Positions 36,055 through 50,038 of a stretch of DNA of 64,000 nt are shown piece by piece. The translations under genes were made by a program, and so were the position numbers. This DNA comes from Vermamoeba vermiformis (Eukaryota), in contig JBEWZL010000235.1 of assembly GCA_045837725.1 (NCBI GenBank), positions 1 through 64,000 of the forward strand, read 5' to 3'. Every line of letters starts with the position of its first letter. Positions within the stretch are counted from its first letter, which is position 1. Below the pieces are notes generated by a model. That model had not been told where the DNA came from. It was given only the letters and a program-made list of their open reading frames with translations, and searched no databases.

Positions 36055-39000
36055 TTAGGTCATCTTGAAGTCAGAGGTCCATTTCTTCAATGAGGCAGCG
36101 ATGACGTTTCTCGTGACAGGTTTGGTGATGTAGTCGTCCATTCCTGATTCAAGACACTTCTCACGATCACCTGGAAGTGCTGCTGCTGTCAACGCAACAA
36201 TCGGTACTCGACCACTCAATGATGTTGAGATTGAGTTGTGTTGTTTCTCGTGTTCTCTAATTGCCTTTGATGTTGCGTAGCCATCGAGAAGAGGCATGTG
36301 ACAGTCCATGTAGATGAGGTCAAACTGTTTTTTGTCCTTGTACAGCACGTCCAAGGCCTCAACTCCATTGTTCGCGGCTGACACGTTGCATCCGAGCTTT
36401 TGAAGTGTCAACACCATGAGCTTCTGATTGACAGGATGGTCTTCGACTACTAAGACACGTGCACCGTCAGGAGTATTCACTTCGACACTCGATGACAGCT
36501 CGATACTTTCAGGCAACTCGATGTCATTTCTAGGCAGCGGCATCAGGTCGAATTCGGGCTCAGAAGCACTACCGAGAAATTAGATCCGTCACTTAAACTG
36601 AAGAGAAAATAGCACTTACATTGCAGTCTTGGCTTGGAGAGGTATTTCGAACCAAAAAATGGAGCCTTCGCCTTCTTGACTCACCACACCGATCTCACCT
36701 TTCATCAGCTCACTCAACTTCTTGCAAATGGACAGACCGAGTCCTGTTCCTCCAAACTTTCTGTTGGTGCCGAGTGCTTGGAAGAACGGCGAGAATAAGC
36801 GTTGTTCGATGTCAGGTGTCACGCCGACGCCGCTGTCTTTGATGATGAACAACACGTGTACGGGGTCATTCTTTTGAATTAGGTCTTCGACTGAGGGTCC
36901 AGCCACGCTGTGTGCAATTCGTGTTCGAATGGTCGTGTCTTTTGCGAAGTCAGTATCGGCTGAAAGTTGTCGCATTAGCAGTGCTTTGACTTGGTCTTTG
37001 CTATCCTTCATCAAGTTTCGTTGTTCTTCGTCCGTAATAGGTGCGACACTGATCGTGATACTTCCGTCAGCGGGTGTAAATTTGATGGCATTTGAGACCA
37101 AATTGATCAGTATTTGTGCGATTCTGCCTTCATCTGCTGTCATCGTCACATCGGTCAACGATTGGTCAACGCTCAGTGACACGTTGAGGTGTTTCGTTCG
37201 TAACTTCGGGCTGAAGAAGCCAAGAGCCGTCTCTAACAATTTAACAAGGTTGAAGTCTTTCCTTTCTAAGACGAGCTTGCCTGAGTCGATTTTGGAGTAA
37301 TCAAGAATATCATTGATCAGTGTCAAAAGATGTGATCCTGAGCTTTGAATGATGGTCAAATACTTCTCTTGTTCTTCTGTCAGTTTTGTTTCTGCAAGAA
37401 GTTCACTCATGCCAATGATGCCGTTCAGTGGTGTTCTGATCTCGTGGCTCATCGTCGTCAAAAACTCCGACTTCATTTGTGCCACTTTAATTGCACTTTG
37501 TTCGCTAACAGCGAGCTTGGCGCCTTGCTTCTGAATAGTAATATCACTTATTATGATCGCTGCGCCTGTCACTCGGTCGCGATTGTCTTTCAAAGGCGAG
37601 TAATTTAGCGTGAAAAATCTGTCGCGTAGCTCGAGCTCGTAAGAAACCGTTTCACCCTTCAATGCTCTTAAACAATTGTTCGTAAATACTTCTTGATGCA
37701 CCGGGTCTTCTACGAGGTTATACGCACTATGACCGATTTTCAACTTCTTGACTAATAAGGAAAAATTAGTGATTGCGAAAAATAATTAATCAAACTTACT
37801 GGCTTCCAAGTATTCCTTAAGTTGCTGATTATCGTTGGAAAAGGTTACTATGCCATTAGTATCGATGGTAAATAGCGATACAGGGAAATTCGAAATCAAT
37901 AACCGCAGATGTGTTTCAGCCGCTTGAATTTTCTGTTCTAATTCTTTTTGCTCATGGATGTCTGTGCACGTGCCAAACCAACGGACAATGCTTCCGTCTG
38001 CTCGGCGCAATGGAACAGCTCTTCCTAAGTGCCACCGATAAACTCCGTCTTTTCTACGCAACCGATAGTGGATTTCGTATGGACCTCCCTAAATTAGCAA
38101 ACAAATTGAATAAATAATAATTCGTTTCATAAACATGGCGATCATGATTACCGTTGCTACAGCAGCACTCCAAGCTTCGCCTGTTCGTTGGTTGTCATCT
38201 GGATGCATAACTTGAGTGTCAGTGAGCCACTTCCAGCCACCGAGATGTTCAACATCATAACCAGTGTAATCAATCCAGCGCCAATTAAAGTACGTAACTT
38301 CGCCAGTGGGCTTCAAAAAGTGTGATTAATATAAATTGACTAATTTGGAATTCTTCAATGCGCAACATAAAGAAATAGTTACTTTTGGTTGGTGCCGGCA
38401 CCAAACTGAAATGCATTTCATATTGCGGAATATAGGGAGATTTACCTCTGCCGTCCAGACTAGATGCGCAATGGATTCGGTGACTTGCTTAAAATCTTCT
38501 TGCTCGCGTTGGTGTTCGAAGGTCGTTCTAATGGCAGATACGTCGTTTATAATGCCAATAAGCACGTATTCGTTTTCCGTTTGATTAATTCTTTGAGCAG
38601 CTTGGTTTTCTTTCTTTAATTTTGCGCGGGCACGAGCCCATCTGATTTCCCCGTGGACCGTTACCATTCTAAATGTGATATCAATATCATCGAGCGGTAT
38701 TATGTCCGAATTCGGAGCTGCAAAACCAAAGGTTAGTTGTTTGAGCGACAAATTTCAATTTAATATTTAAAAAATATTTTACGATCTCAAAATTCAATTG
38801 CTAGCGAATTTTTTACTTACTTTTTAGTCTTTCTACATATTCTAGTATTTTATAAACTTCCGAAATAACTGCATCCTTGTCTATAATAAATTTCAGGTTG
38901 ATAAAATCTTCTATTGATAAAGTTTCGGATGCAGGCAAGCCTAATAGGTCCAATAACTGTTTGTTATATACTGTAGTGTTCTTTGTTATGTTCCATTCAA

Positions 39001-39067
39001 AACAAGCTGGAATGAATGAATGGCCAACTCTGTCCCAAACCGAATCATCACGAGAAATAATTGCCAT
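36055..39067 (-). CDS. Cytosolic hybrid histidine kinase (PAS/PAC, HisKA, HATPase, receiver), tandem copy 2
   Basis: Same domain order and intron layout as 32346-35579, with intact His and Asp phospho-acceptors. Confidence 0.93.
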
Positions 39068-39401
39068 TACAGTTTCACTTCTCGTATTGGTCTCCAAGCA
39101 GTGAAAATAACAAAATACGATTTAGGATCGTAACAATAGTGTCATTACGGTGACACCTTTCTCCGGGTTCCCGGCTATTGTGTGAATCCACAGAAAATTT
39201 CAAAATGGTCGGAGAATTCAGCACGCCACGTCGTATCGGTTATTTCGTAAGATTTTGATGGAGTTTTACTACTTGGACATACATTAGCTGGTTTGAGCTG
39301 GCGGACGCGGTTTACGTCACATTTTCGGAAATTAAATCCGGCAAAAGGACACTTGATCTGCTTTATTTGGCTTATTAATACTGATTTTGACGTATTGTAG
39401 G

Positions 39402-40828
39402 TTACTCCTCATCCTCGAGAACGCTTCTGCAAATCTTCATCTTGATTCTTCGTACAGTATCGCTGGACAAACAAGCAACTGGTATGAAGTAGTTGTTGAC
39501 GCCGTGAGTATTAATCATATCATGCAAAACTACTGTTCCATATGACGTTGTTGGTAAACGACCCAAAGAAAGGTCTGTCTGTCGAAGAACTATATAGCCT
39601 TCATTTCCCAAGTCCACATCCAGGAGCACAAAAGATCCGACGTTTGGAGGTGTGATCCAACGTAAGAGAGCGAGCAGGTATTCTTTACCAGGCTCATTAT
39701 ATAAAAAAATAGTGCCTATTGGGTATTTCTCTTTGATTTCAAGTTCTTTTTTCAGAGCGGCACTAACTGCAATATTTGCTTCTACCATAGCTGCGCCGAG
39801 TGGGGAGGAAATAGTCGTCGTTATTGGTGTTTCCTTTTTGTAGAATTCACTCTTTAAGTCGCGCACACAATCTGACGCTGTCGGACGCATAGCAGGGTCC
39901 TTGTTGCAGCATTTTAGTATCAGATCCTTGAAACAACCGTCGGGAAGTGATTTTATCTGTTTTTGACGCTCTTCTTCGTCAAGTGCGAGGGCCTTATTAG
40001 CGTTGAGAAAGATGCTGTACAGAAGAACACCAAACCTTCAAAAATTAGTTAGTTTTGATTTTTGTAATTACCAAAATTAATAATAATAAATGGCCGTACG
40101 TACGAAAAAATATCTGCCTTTTCATTGTGCGGTTTTTCTTGCGCCACTTCAGGAGCTAAATAGCCTAAAGTTCCGACACTGGTTTCGGTTTTGGTTTTTT
40201 GAAGGACCCGTGCGCACCCAAAGTCTGTTATTTTGGCACGTTTTTTGGCATCAAATAGCTAATATAGGCTGTTAGTATATTTGGAGATAAATTCGAGGCA
40301 CGTACGAGAATATTGTCCGGTTTCAGATCGCGATGAATTATTTTCGGCTGTAGCTCGTGAAGATATTTGAGGCCTTTAGCAATGTCGATAGCAATTCGAA
40401 GCTTTTCTTTCATATCAAGCTTAATATTTGGTTGCTGAAGCAGGTCGGCAAGAGATCCATCTGACATGTATTCCATAACTAATATCTTGTTGTTTTTATG
40501 ATCCGTTGTCGTGCTAATAAATTTGATAATATGCTTGTGCTTGGTTTTACTACACGATAGTCAGTAATTAAGCGGATTCAGCAACAATTTACAACAACTT
40601 ACGTTAATGCTTCTACCTCCTGCCAAATACTTGCATCTTCTAGTCGGCATTTCTTCAATGCAATTTTGTGACCACGAAACGTTGCTTCATACACTTTTCC
40701 AAAAGTGCCTTGACCGATTTTGCGTTCGATCTTGATCTCCTCGAACGTGATCGCTGCTGAACATTAGTTAATTCAGTGGACAAAATATTAATACTATTTT
40801 TACCGTTCCCAGAAGGCTCTGTTTCCAT
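39402..40828 (-). CDS. TKL-group protein kinase with an unknown C-terminal domain
   Basis: GQGTFGKVY, ALK, IIHRDLKPDNIL, TDFG, GTLGYLAPE and KADIFSFG across 5 exons. Confidence 0.9.
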
Positions 40829-41051
40829 TTTTAGAAGAGCTGAAGGATTTTTCGATTACAAATCCAAGCTTAGTGAAGTCTTGAACTGTTGGACACAACT
40901 CTAACTTGATTGGAACACCTCGCTATTGTTAAAAAAAATACGTCATCGTTTTTTAAGCTTAGTGTGCTGGCAGGGCCATTGTGCTCGTTAATCTTTTTTG
41001 TTTGACTTTTTAATTTTCCGATCTCCAATCGCGCAGCTCAACACAACAGCT

Positions 41052-44000
41052 ATGTTCAATTCATTTAAGCGATTTTTGGGCCTCGGTGATGAATACCGAG
41101 GAGTAGTGGACGAGGCAGACGTTAATTTCTGCTGGGTAAGAAAGTCTTCCCGTGATCAATTAAAACTTCGCACCAAAATTATTGAATGATTCTATTTGCT
41201 GTAAATTAGCATATTTAGACTATTTTGTGAAAGTTTGAGTGATATGAACTCAAATTGAATTTTTTAAACAAAAAAATAATCGGATCTAGATCTCAATTAA
41301 AATTAGTATTTTGAGCATTTTTGGAAGTGAATTGACGTAATATTTAATACTACTACGTATTTAGACTGGCCATCATGGTATGAGCCCTTTTCCAAGCAGT
41401 CTAGCGTTTGATCAGATTCAGCGCCTCCTTGCTGTTGGAACGCACGTCGGAGGTATTTTAAAAATGTAAGTAATATTATCGTATATATCCCATAATTCAA
41501 GAAAGAAATGAAGAGCGAATCTTTTCAAATATTAACGTTGTAGATCTACCGCGGATCTGTCTTCATTTTTCTTTGTATTGCTCATTTTAACGTCCTTCTT
41601 TGCTAGATTCGGAAAAGTCGGCTTAGAGCATACTATTGTATCGAAGACTAAGTCGCGCATGCAATTTGTGCGGTTTCTCATCGATGTAAGTGGAATGATG
41701 GATGCAATTTCAAAATTTCAAAATTCTCAATAATTATTAGGGCCGATTGGTCATTGCATTTGATTATGTAGTCGAAGTATGGAGCATTAACGAGCCAAGA
41801 TTATTAACCTCCCACGAATTCAAATGGTAAAATCAAACTCGATCTCGCTGGAATTTTCCTCAACATCAAATCAAAATAATCATTCTGCTACTTAGCAGAC
41901 GTGATATAATATCTATTATTTTGCATATTTTCGTGCGATGAAATATTGAGGTAAATTTCTGACGATTTTTTCAGTCGCATAACAGCGGTGATTATGCACC
42001 CTGGCACATCGTACATTTACCTCGGATTTTACGACGGTACCGTGGAATTCATGAATGTTGACAGTGGTGGTGTGTCCGTGTATAAGGTCAAGGCGCAGGA
42101 TGTTGGCTTGGAGTCTGACAGCTCTAAAGGGTACGCATCCAACACGCGGAAAATTAATTCAAAAAACTTACGCAAACTTTGATTTTAATACAGATTCGTC
42201 GAGAATGATTTCAGTGTTAATTCATTGGCGTTGAATCCAGTTAACGAAGGATTATTGTTGATTGCTTATGCTAACGGATTCATCGTGGAATGGGATCTCA
42301 AATTACGCTGTGTAGTGAAGGCTCGACATTCGAAACAGGTACTGCAAATATGAATTTATTTCTTAGAATAATTTTATTGATTTTTGTTGTAGCCATTGAG
42401 AGCTGTGTGGTGGGCACCGAACGGCAAAAGATTTGTTAGTGGTCATATTAACGGTGAAATTATTATTTGGAAACACAAAAAATCCTCGCACGAGTCACGT
42501 TTCTTTTGTAAGTCTCTCGGCCTTAAGCTATTCATACTATCAAATACTAATAAAAATGTTGTAGTGGCCAAGACCGACAAGACTTTAAGGCCGGTGAAGA
42601 AAATTGTTTGGACCACGATAAATTCGTAAGTATAAGAAAGAATACCAGGAAATCGTGATTAATATATTGTACTAGGCAAGAAAAATTACTTATTTTGGGA
42701 GGTACTCCCAGTGACGAGCCAATTGCATTTGTTGTGGCTACAAAAGGCAAAGACAGAGAGCACCCGATTGAAGAGACTGTCTCAATGGAATTCGGGTCGC
42801 ATGATAGCGATATAATCGATTATATTCTCGTGGCTCCTTCGCCATGGCTACCACGTACGTCAGATACGGAAAATTATTCTTTTTTTCTGAAATCGAATTT
42901 TAATGCTATTGTTTTGATAGTATTTTTGGAACCTAGCTCAATTATCGTGGCAACTTCAGAAGGCAAACTCTACGCAAATGAATTTACCTCTTCTGGCGAC
43001 ATTGTACCGATGAAAATTCCCGCGCTTTTTACGATCCAACATGACAAGATCGCCCTCGCGAAATCCTTCAGAGTTCCGTACGATTTCATTCGAGATATGC
43101 GCAAGGTCTCGAATTTACCGTACAGTCGCGAGGTAGTCGATCGCAAATACGTAAGATAGGCTAATAAGACACAGTGTTTGCTAATATTTTCTCAGAAATG
43201 GGGATGCACTGGCGGAATTATTACGAGTTCTACGGGTGAAGAAGGAGACCCTATTCCTAAGGACCCTAAGATCTTAATCACAGCTTACTTGAACAACACT
43301 GTAACGTAAGTCTAGATCTCGATTTAGATCCGTCGATTTTTTTTCCTAACGTTTGGTGCAGGATCTGGGACACAACGTTCAAGCGCTTCGTACCGTTGAT
43401 TACGATCGCGCTAAATGATCTCTGGGAAAAACAGCAGTTGAACAAGTCGTCACTTAGTTCGGTCATTACAGCGGTTGAATTATGCGCTGAGTCTCGAACA
43501 CTAACTGTGGGCAACTCACGCGGTGAATTATTCGTGTTTACTTTCACGTTAAAAGACAAGACTAATCACCAAGTCATCGTAAGTTGAATACAACAGTCAC
43601 TTATTGATAGCTTAAAGTTTGACACGTGTCATTTAGACGAGTTTGGATCCGGATAAGAACAAAGTGTTATCGATGGGTAACACTAAGCAAGCCTCACCTG
43701 ATGCCAGTCCTCGCAGTTCATTGAACTTATCCTCTGGCAATTTGCAGTTATCTAAGTCAGCTCAGTCCCCGCAATCACCGCCCTCACCATCCATGAAGCG
43801 TGATTCACGTGAAATTAATGCCAATTATCCGACACCGCCGCCTTCACCCACGAGATCGAGTGGCAACATTCCTAAGAACCTTTCTGGAGGCAATTTGACA
43901 GCGTCAACTACTATCATGAACAAGGTCTTCAAGAAAGATTTCAACGCTGGCTTCGTTCCTCATATGTACGCGTACTTGCCTGACACGTGCATTACATCTA

Positions 44001-45847
44001 TTGCGTTAGAAACTGGTCTGGAAAGGTATGAAAAAGAATTTTTGGCCGATCGGGTCAGATGTACTAAAATTTTTTGTTTGCCTAGAATTGCACTTGGTGA
44101 TACCAATGGAATTTTGCGACTATTCGATACATCTAATAACAATATGACCTTCATGTTCTCCAAGTCGCTCATCAGTCTTGGCGTCGTTTCTCAGTCCATA
44201 ACACGGATGTCGTTCTGTCAGTCAATTATTGACGGCAAGAACGTGTTGTTATTAGTAGCGGGATTAGAGAGTGACGGCATTGTTACGCTCAACTTGGCCA
44301 CTTCATTATTGATGCAGCCTGTATTATACAAACAACCCACACCCTTGAAATATTTTGCGGTGATCAACGAACGCGGCAAAGTATTGAAAATTAGACCGAA
44401 GACCTGGACTGAAGAATCAAATACCAACAATAATACTAACACCAATACTACTCCTCCAGCGATGCAAAATTCGGGTGGTAAGTCTGAATTTCCAAATCCG
44501 GAAAAATTTTGTTTTGCTTACACGAACTTAGAATTTAACTCTTATATAAATTAGGCCCAGAAACAGTTGCTAAGGGCCAACCTAAGCCAAAGTACCTCAT
44601 TGTTGGTCGCGACAAGCACATTATACTCTACATGCTGCCTAACTTCGAAAAAGTCTCGAAGGCTGAGCTAAAGATGGACAATCATTACGAGTGGGTCGAT
44701 CACTTTGCTGTTAAGGACGTAGATGGCAACGGTAAGTATCAAACGCATTTTAAGGCTGGATGTACTGGAGTGCACATCCGTCAAGATTTGTTTCAATGCC
44801 AAAAATTCTAATAATTATCATAGATGAGTGCGGCATTATTGCCTTCGATAAGGACTATAATTTATTGGTCTATCGATTGCTCAGTTTGGAATTCGTCAAC
44901 AACACGAAGCACTACAATATTATGACTTTCTTTGGCGATCAACGACCTTCGTAAGCATTAAATTTCTTAGTAATTTTACGCGTTATTAAACTAATTATCA
45001 TCATAACAGAAAAGAGCCAATGATTGTCAGTCAAGACGATGGATCAATGTTCATTTTCTCAAACGCATCCGAAGTCATTCGTACCAGTGTCTTCCCTAAG
45101 ATTACCGATGCCAAGTATGTCAATAATATTGTTGTTAATAGTAAGCACAAAAAAGACTAACAAACCTATTAAAGGAACTACCAAGCAGTGTTTCAACGAC
45201 CAGATCTGAAGATCCCCGAGAAGCCCAAAGTGTCTCAAAGTCTGTTGAAGTCCTTGTTCAGTGGAGGTCCTCCCATCCTTAACTTTGAGGAAATGTGTAA
45301 GTACAACAGCTGAATATTGAAGCGTGAACAAATAGCTCAAAGTCATCGGATCTCGTTGTTAACTTTTTACTCCTAGACGGTGCCACAACTCCAGTGAAGC
45401 CCGCAAGTAGTCTTACTCATAGTAATAATAACACGCCTACTCGGTCAATCGGCAATAGCCAGAACGAACGAGATCAACTCATGGCTGGCGCTACGAAACC
45501 TGTTGCAAGTCATGCGGATCAGACTTTAAAGTACGTAGAAATTAACGACAATAAGAGACTAATTATTATGGCTTAATAGGAACTCACGCACGCAAAATAC
45601 TCAGAAACAAATCGGAGATGTACATAACGTTATGAATCAGAATTTGCAAGCGTTAAGTGAACGCGGAGAAAAATTGCAACAATTGTCCGATAAGACTCAA
45701 GACATGGAAAATGCGTCGGCGAACTTCTTGAGCAACGTCAAAGAACTTGTTGCCGCTCAGCAAAAGAAGAGTACGTACCTCTAAATTTCGCTTTATTTGG
45801 TGTAATGTTGCTAATACTAGCTTTTTCTAGAGTGGTATGAGTTCTAA
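41052..45847 (+). CDS. STXBP5: Tomosyn / STXBP5 (Lgl family): WD40 propellers plus C-terminal R-SNARE
   Basis: HHGM..LAFDQIQRLLAVGT, SGHINGEIIIW and LILGG motifs. The C-terminus is MNQNLQALSERGEKLQQLSDKTQDMENASANF..KKKWYEF*. Confidence 0.88.
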
Positions 45848-46124
45848 GACGGGTTGTAAATATAATCGCTAATATCACTCGTACATAAATTTTTGTTCCA
45901 GAACGACGTGTCAAGTTCGTCAAACGAGAACTTTTTTCTAATCTTGTTTGGATACGATAAAGAAGATATCGAAAGATCAAATATCCGAATTTCTGTTCAT
46001 TCACTGGCCTATCTTGCATTTCTGAATAGAATTCCAGATCCGGACCATTTATTTGTAGCAACTACAAAAGGTAAAAACAAGAAATTAAACTTGAAAGAAA
46101 AGAATCGCTAACAAAAGCAGCGCC

Positions 46125-46850
46125 TTATATGACAGAGCAAGTGCATTGGTGGTACGTATGAACTTCGTTATAATTGGAAGCGGCAGCAGTCACATTTGAG
46201 GGCACCACGAAATCAATCGGATCATTTCCGTCCACAGTGATTGTGATAGTAAATGCGCTCGTTGACGTGGGCTTGTTTTGAACGGTATTGGTATTGTAAA
46301 CAATTCTGCACTGAGATCCAGTACGATTGACGGATCTAGTCTTGGTCTTATACTCAGCGGGTGAATGACCTTCGAAATTAACTGGAGAAGTGCTGAGAAT
46401 GAAACCAGTGGATCCTTCAGGCGTATAGGCAGTTCCAGCGTCGACGAACATACCAGTCAAAGAAACGCGATCCACGTTGTTCGATACAGTCAAAAGCGTT
46501 TGGTAACTGAAGCTTTGGCCTGCAAACAGCTGTGTACTGCTTCCAGTGCAAGTGTTGATTAAAAAAGTACTGAACACGACAAGTGCATAGGGCGTAGTAT
46601 CCGTTATAGTGCGCTGAAAAACGCAAAAACCAGAAGGTGGAATTCGAAGCAGATAACATCCGTTGACCAAGTTCAACTCTAAGCCTACGGGGAAGTATAG
46701 GTCCATACTGGTCGCAATGGATGTTCGGAGTGGTATAACGGCCGAATTGTAGCCAGGATTGGAGGGATCGGCGCACGGATTTGGTGGATTTGCCGTGACG
46801 AGCAACAACTGGGACAATCCGCAAAAAAGAAGCAAATATGAGCAATTCAT
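46125..46850 (-). CDS. Intronless secreted protein of unknown function
   Basis: Signal-like MNCSYLLLFCGLSQLLLVTA followed by a ~220-aa Cys/Thr-rich, beta-rich-looking ORF. Confidence 0.7.
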   Translation of the reverse strand: MNCSYLLLFCGLSQLLLVTANPPNPCADPSNPGYNSAVIPLRTSIATSMDLYFPVGLELNLVNGCYLLRIPPSGFCVFQRTITDTTPYALVVFSTFLINTCTGSSTQLFAGQSFSYQTLLTVSNNVDRVSLTGMFVDAGTAYTPEGSTGFILSTSPVNFEGHSPAEYKTKTRSVNRTGSQCRIVYNTNTVQNKPTSTSAFTITITVDGNDPIDFVVPSNVTAAASNYNEVHTYHQCTCSVI

Positions 46851-47282
46851 GACCAAGAGTTGAGTATTGAGGTCGGTTAGTTGTAGATCAAAATAACAAA
46901 CTCGAACTGTTTTTATGGTTGCCGATCCAACCGTCTGGCAAGACATCGGAGTTTAACCCAATTCTTCTTCATTTCTTTTAAATGCAGACTTTTTAATAGT
47001 ACCACGCGGTAACTCCAAGTTATTCTCTCTTCGTATTTGTACCAAAGGAGCTGCCTTGCAACTGACCGAATTTTCTTTCGGTTGAATAGCAATTCAAGTT
47101 AAATTCTCTCGCTATTCTGCGACTTGTGCGCTTAGGTCATCTTGAAGTCAGATTTAAATGTCAGGCGAACAAGTCGGACGATTCCGAATTTAAAAAAACC
47201 TTTTTTTGTTGGCGTTGGCTATTTCGCAGTTCAATATTGTTTTATTAATTAAATTTAGTGTGCAGCAACAGCATGCTGCAAA

Positions 47283-49898
47283 ATGAAGGTAATTTTCATT
47301 ATAATGACAACTATGAACAATTTGGGGAGTATGAATAGACTCATACTGATACTTTTGTTGCCAGATCCTTTACTTGCTTGTGCTAACCTGTATAATATCA
47401 CCGTGTATATTACTATCGCCAAAAGAAGTCGAAAAATTAATACAAGATAATCCTAATGAATTTATTACTAGATCAACCGAGTTTTTAGATGAGGTACGCT
47501 AAACCAGCTTGAAAAATTCGTGATTAATTATTAATAATATCTCAGGCATCTGAATTAGTAATACAAGGATATTTAACGAAGGCAGTGGTGCTGGGGCAAT
47601 CTGCGTTGCTAGATTTGCTGATCCCGCGAGTAAACAATCTTGAATTTACAATTACAACCTCCATAAATACAAAAGGAACATTATTGCACCAAGCAGTTTG
47701 TAATGGCGACGTTGCAAGCGTAGAGAAGCTTATTAAGGTAAGATCCAAAATGACACGCGTCAAATTAATTCAATAAAATTAGGCGGGTGCCAAATTGAAT
47801 GTCGTGGATAGCAGAGGAAACTCGCTTATGCATGCTATTTTGGAAGCATGGAATCAATTTACGATATTCAGTCACAACAGACCAAAATATTTCAAGAACG
47901 AGATCGACTTGTTGGGAACGATGAAGACCCTTATAGATAACAAAGTTAAAGTAGAGGGGCTCAATGGCGAAGAAAAATCACCCCTTCAACTTGCTTGCGA
48001 GTATAAATACGCAGCTGCAGCGGAATTATTGCTCAAAAATGGCGCCGATCTGAATAGAGAAAATAAACATGGTATGAAACTGGTCTATAGCGAGGCATTA
48101 TTAACACTCTAATATAGGTTCGACTCCTCTTCTAATTTCGATGGATACGAGCAGCTTCATCATTCAATTTTCGAAAGTTTTGACGCGACACGGAAATGTG
48201 TTCCATTACACCTGGTTAAATGCTACGGAAGAGGTAAAATTACTACAAAATATGTATTGTCCATATATATTGATTGAATATTCAGAAATTCAATGCATTA
48301 CAAATCCTTGGTATCCAACTTCCTGAAGATCTGATGATGGCCAACGGTACGAGCTACAACCGATCAATTTTGAATGAAGTAATATGGGCCTATAATCAAC
48401 GTACAGTAGACACGTTACTCGCATTTAAACCAAATCTACGGTAAGCTTTCTGTCACTGCAAAAATGACACTTTTGACACCTTATTCTGCAGCGTCAAAGA
48501 TTCGCAACAAAATAACGCACTACATATTGCAGCGTATAATGGGAATCATATTGCATTGAAATCATTGTTAGACAAAGGATTCAATCACTTCAAGTCAAGA
48601 AACAAAGATGGACTGACGCCACTTCAAGCAGCGGCCATTAGTAACTACATTAAGGCTCAGAATGTGCTAGTTGAGTACGGAGCTAATATCGAAGCCCTGA
48701 AGACACTTTCCTTTTATGGAAATCATGCTGAAGAAGGTGACACGATTGACGGCGTCAGTGGAAAGGTTCCACTTCGCGTTCACCGTACAAAGTTCAACGC
48801 AACAGAGCACCGTGCTATGATTGATGAAAATGGTGTCAAAGATACTGTCATTTCAGCGGAGATTACGGGAGGTTGGAGATACGAAGCTGAGCCTGACATT
48901 GACATCGACTTTTGTGAGATTGACAAGCGCGAAAAATTGACAGCGAAAGAATTCTACGAAGAGTACTTTAGACTGCGAAAACCTGTCATAATTAAAGGTA
49001 AGATATTAGTAAGCATTTTTTATCGATATTTATTGTTTTTTAGGTGCTGTTCAATGGGGCGCATTTAAACGATGGACTCGACCCCAATTAGAAGCTAAAT
49101 ATGGAAACGTTGAATTCATGGTGTACTCGAGGAAGAACTACGGTATGAATATCTTTTAGAATATTACACGAGCTAATAACTTTTTTGCTTAAAAGGTCCG
49201 CCAATTTCAAGCAAAATGTTGCTGAAAGATTATTTTGCTTATATGGACGAAAATGCCGGAAAAGGTACGCTATATACTTATGACAATATAATATTAATCG
49301 TTCGTGCAGATAAGGAGCCTATTTGGCTCGTTGACGTCGACATAGATCCACGCGCTCAACAGATGGCACGAATGGATGTTAGTGACATTGAAATTTTGAC
49401 GAATATGTTCGACGGTATTATTTAATATATCCTATACTTTTCAATTATCCATAGTTAACCGTTTTGGCAGGTACTCCTTACAGATTCGCGAACTATCAAT
49501 TCATGATTGCTCCTGCTTACGCTGGTGCGAGTCAACACTTCCACAATAGGTACAAAAATATATATTTATCGTGTTTCTACAGTAATAATACTGATACAAT
49601 TCACCAGCGCTGCGAACGTTCTTGTCTACGGCAGGAAGCGATGGTTTTTATATCCACCAGCACAAGCTATCTACTCAGTAAAGCATATTCATGAATGGTA
49701 TACTCAAGACTATCCAAATTTGCCTCAGGATCAAAAGCCACTGGTAGTTAAACAAATCCAGTTGCCGATCGAATCTAACATTTTTGTTAGGAATGCATCC
49801 AAGAACCTGGCGATTTGATATATGTTCCTAATATGTGGGGCCATGGAGTAATATACACGAAGGACAGTATCGGCATGGCATACCTTTACACGGGCTAA
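47283..49898 (+). CDS. Signal peptide + ankyrin repeats + JmjC (JMJD8-like) protein
   Basis: MK|ILYLLVLTCIISPCILL; ankyrin motifs TLLHQAV, SPLQLAC, NALHIAA and TPLQAAA. JmjC motifs: FYEEYF..KPVII, GASQHFH..NVLVYGRKRWFLYPP and CIQEPGDLIYVP..WGHGV. Confidence 0.85.
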
Positions 49899-50038
49899 GT
49901 TTGGCAAAAATAAATTTCATAATTTTAAATTTTTCGGAACTAACGGCGAGAATATTCATTACCGTTGTATATATTAATAATTAGGTCAAGGGTTGTCCCT
50001 CTTACTAAATCACAAAGAACCAGGCTTTTTGAAAAAGG

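Noticed and set aside
33041-37608. Several plus-strand ORFs repeated in both HK loci
   Set aside because: They are antisense shadows of the duplicated histidine-kinase exons.
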